Positions 63,788-64,000 of a stretch of DNA of 64,000 nucleotides are shown piece by piece (within the stretch, counting starts at the first letter, position 1; every line of letters begins with the position of its first letter). The notes beneath the pieces are model-generated. The model did not search any database, was not told the DNA's origin, and saw nothing but the letters and a program-made list of their open reading frames with translations. This DNA is from Lachnospiraceae bacterium (GTDB lineage Bacteria; Bacillota; Clostridia; Lachnospirales; Lachnospiraceae): the NCBI GenBank assembly GCA_028693165.1, contig JAQUVX010000025.1, forward strand, positions 271-64,270, read 5' to 3'. The position numbers and the translations under genes were made by a program.

Positions 63788-64000
63788 CAGGGAGGAAACA
63801 AAAATTGATTTACTTTATTCGAGCACCTACTTTATGCAAGGATTGACTGGACGATACTTGGATTATGATATTGGAATAGGAAGTGGGCAACCAAGCCAAG
63901 GTTGCCCACACTTTCGTAGTAGTCAAGATCAGCTTTGGTAATCCTACTTTATGTTATACTAAGGTATGTCATTTTTTTATTGTGATTGTACGGTTATTAA

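Larger units (their letters stand above)
39821..64000. mobile_element. Left part of an integrated conjugative/mobilisable element; it extends beyond the window end
   Basis: There is a sharp visible drop in G+C right after the rlmD stop. The gene content is typical of Firmicute ICEs (XRE, ArdA-like, DUF4314, Bro/KilAC, orphan Dam, YodL, SpoVG, VirB2-like) together with an IS and ars cargo. Confidence 0.7.

Noticed and set aside
63438-63941. 167-aa plus-strand ORF
   Set aside because: It is antisense to arsR and runs through the ars promoter/operator region.
39821-64000. Search for an integrase, relaxase, coupling protein or VirB4 to confirm a complete ICE
   Set aside because: None of the ORFs in this part of the window shows recombinase, relaxase or VirB4/VirD4 motifs. 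The only transposase is the IS256 one. The ICE call is therefore partial and depends on sequence outside the window.

Overview
This window looks like a chromosome segment from a spore-forming Clostridia-type Firmicute, since spoIID, a degenerate LytM partner and cotJABC are present. It has two visibly different parts. Part 1 (1 to about 39.8 kb) is G+C-rich core genome. It encodes a YdhV-like aldehyde:ferredoxin oxidoreductase with its ferredoxin subunit and moeA, an EamA transporter, and a three-domain peptidase/inhibitor lipoprotein. It also encodes a LysR-controlled amidohydrolase and permease pair, pncB, a T-box(Ile) leader with ileS, glgP, a Fic/YaiI islet, spoIID, sdaAB/sdaAA and cotJABC next to a divergent Cys/Gly-rich gene. 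Further on are an SDR with a GntR regulator, tRNA-Val and tRNA-Ala, two cell-wall hydrolases with wall-binding repeats, tRNA-Pro, a HAD hydrolase, an lpdA-like gene, aminopeptidase P, a YbaK-like deacylase and rlmD (rumA). Part 2 (about 39.8 kb to the window end) is clearly lower in G+C and starts right after the rlmD stop codon. It reads as the left part of an integrated conjugative element. It carries an IS256 copy with an 8-bp target duplication, an XRE regulator and a tightly coupled establishment or anti-restriction block (YpsA/DUF1273, two ArdA-like acidic proteins, DUF4314, Bro-N/KilAC, an orphan Dam methylase, a tandem AbrB-fold protein, a DUF3849-like protein, YodL, SpoVG). This is followed by a complete Tad/Flp-type pilus module, a large secreted Trp-rich protein, a VirB2/TrbC-like gene and an arsenic-resistance operon as cargo. 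No integrase, relaxase, VirB4 or coupling protein lies inside the window. The most interesting signals are the Tad-type pilus module embedded in a Gram-positive conjugative element, a recurring Met-rich C-terminal tail on six consecutive element proteins, and the duplicated ArdA-like module proteins. All family calls come from motif recognition by eye, and no database search was run.
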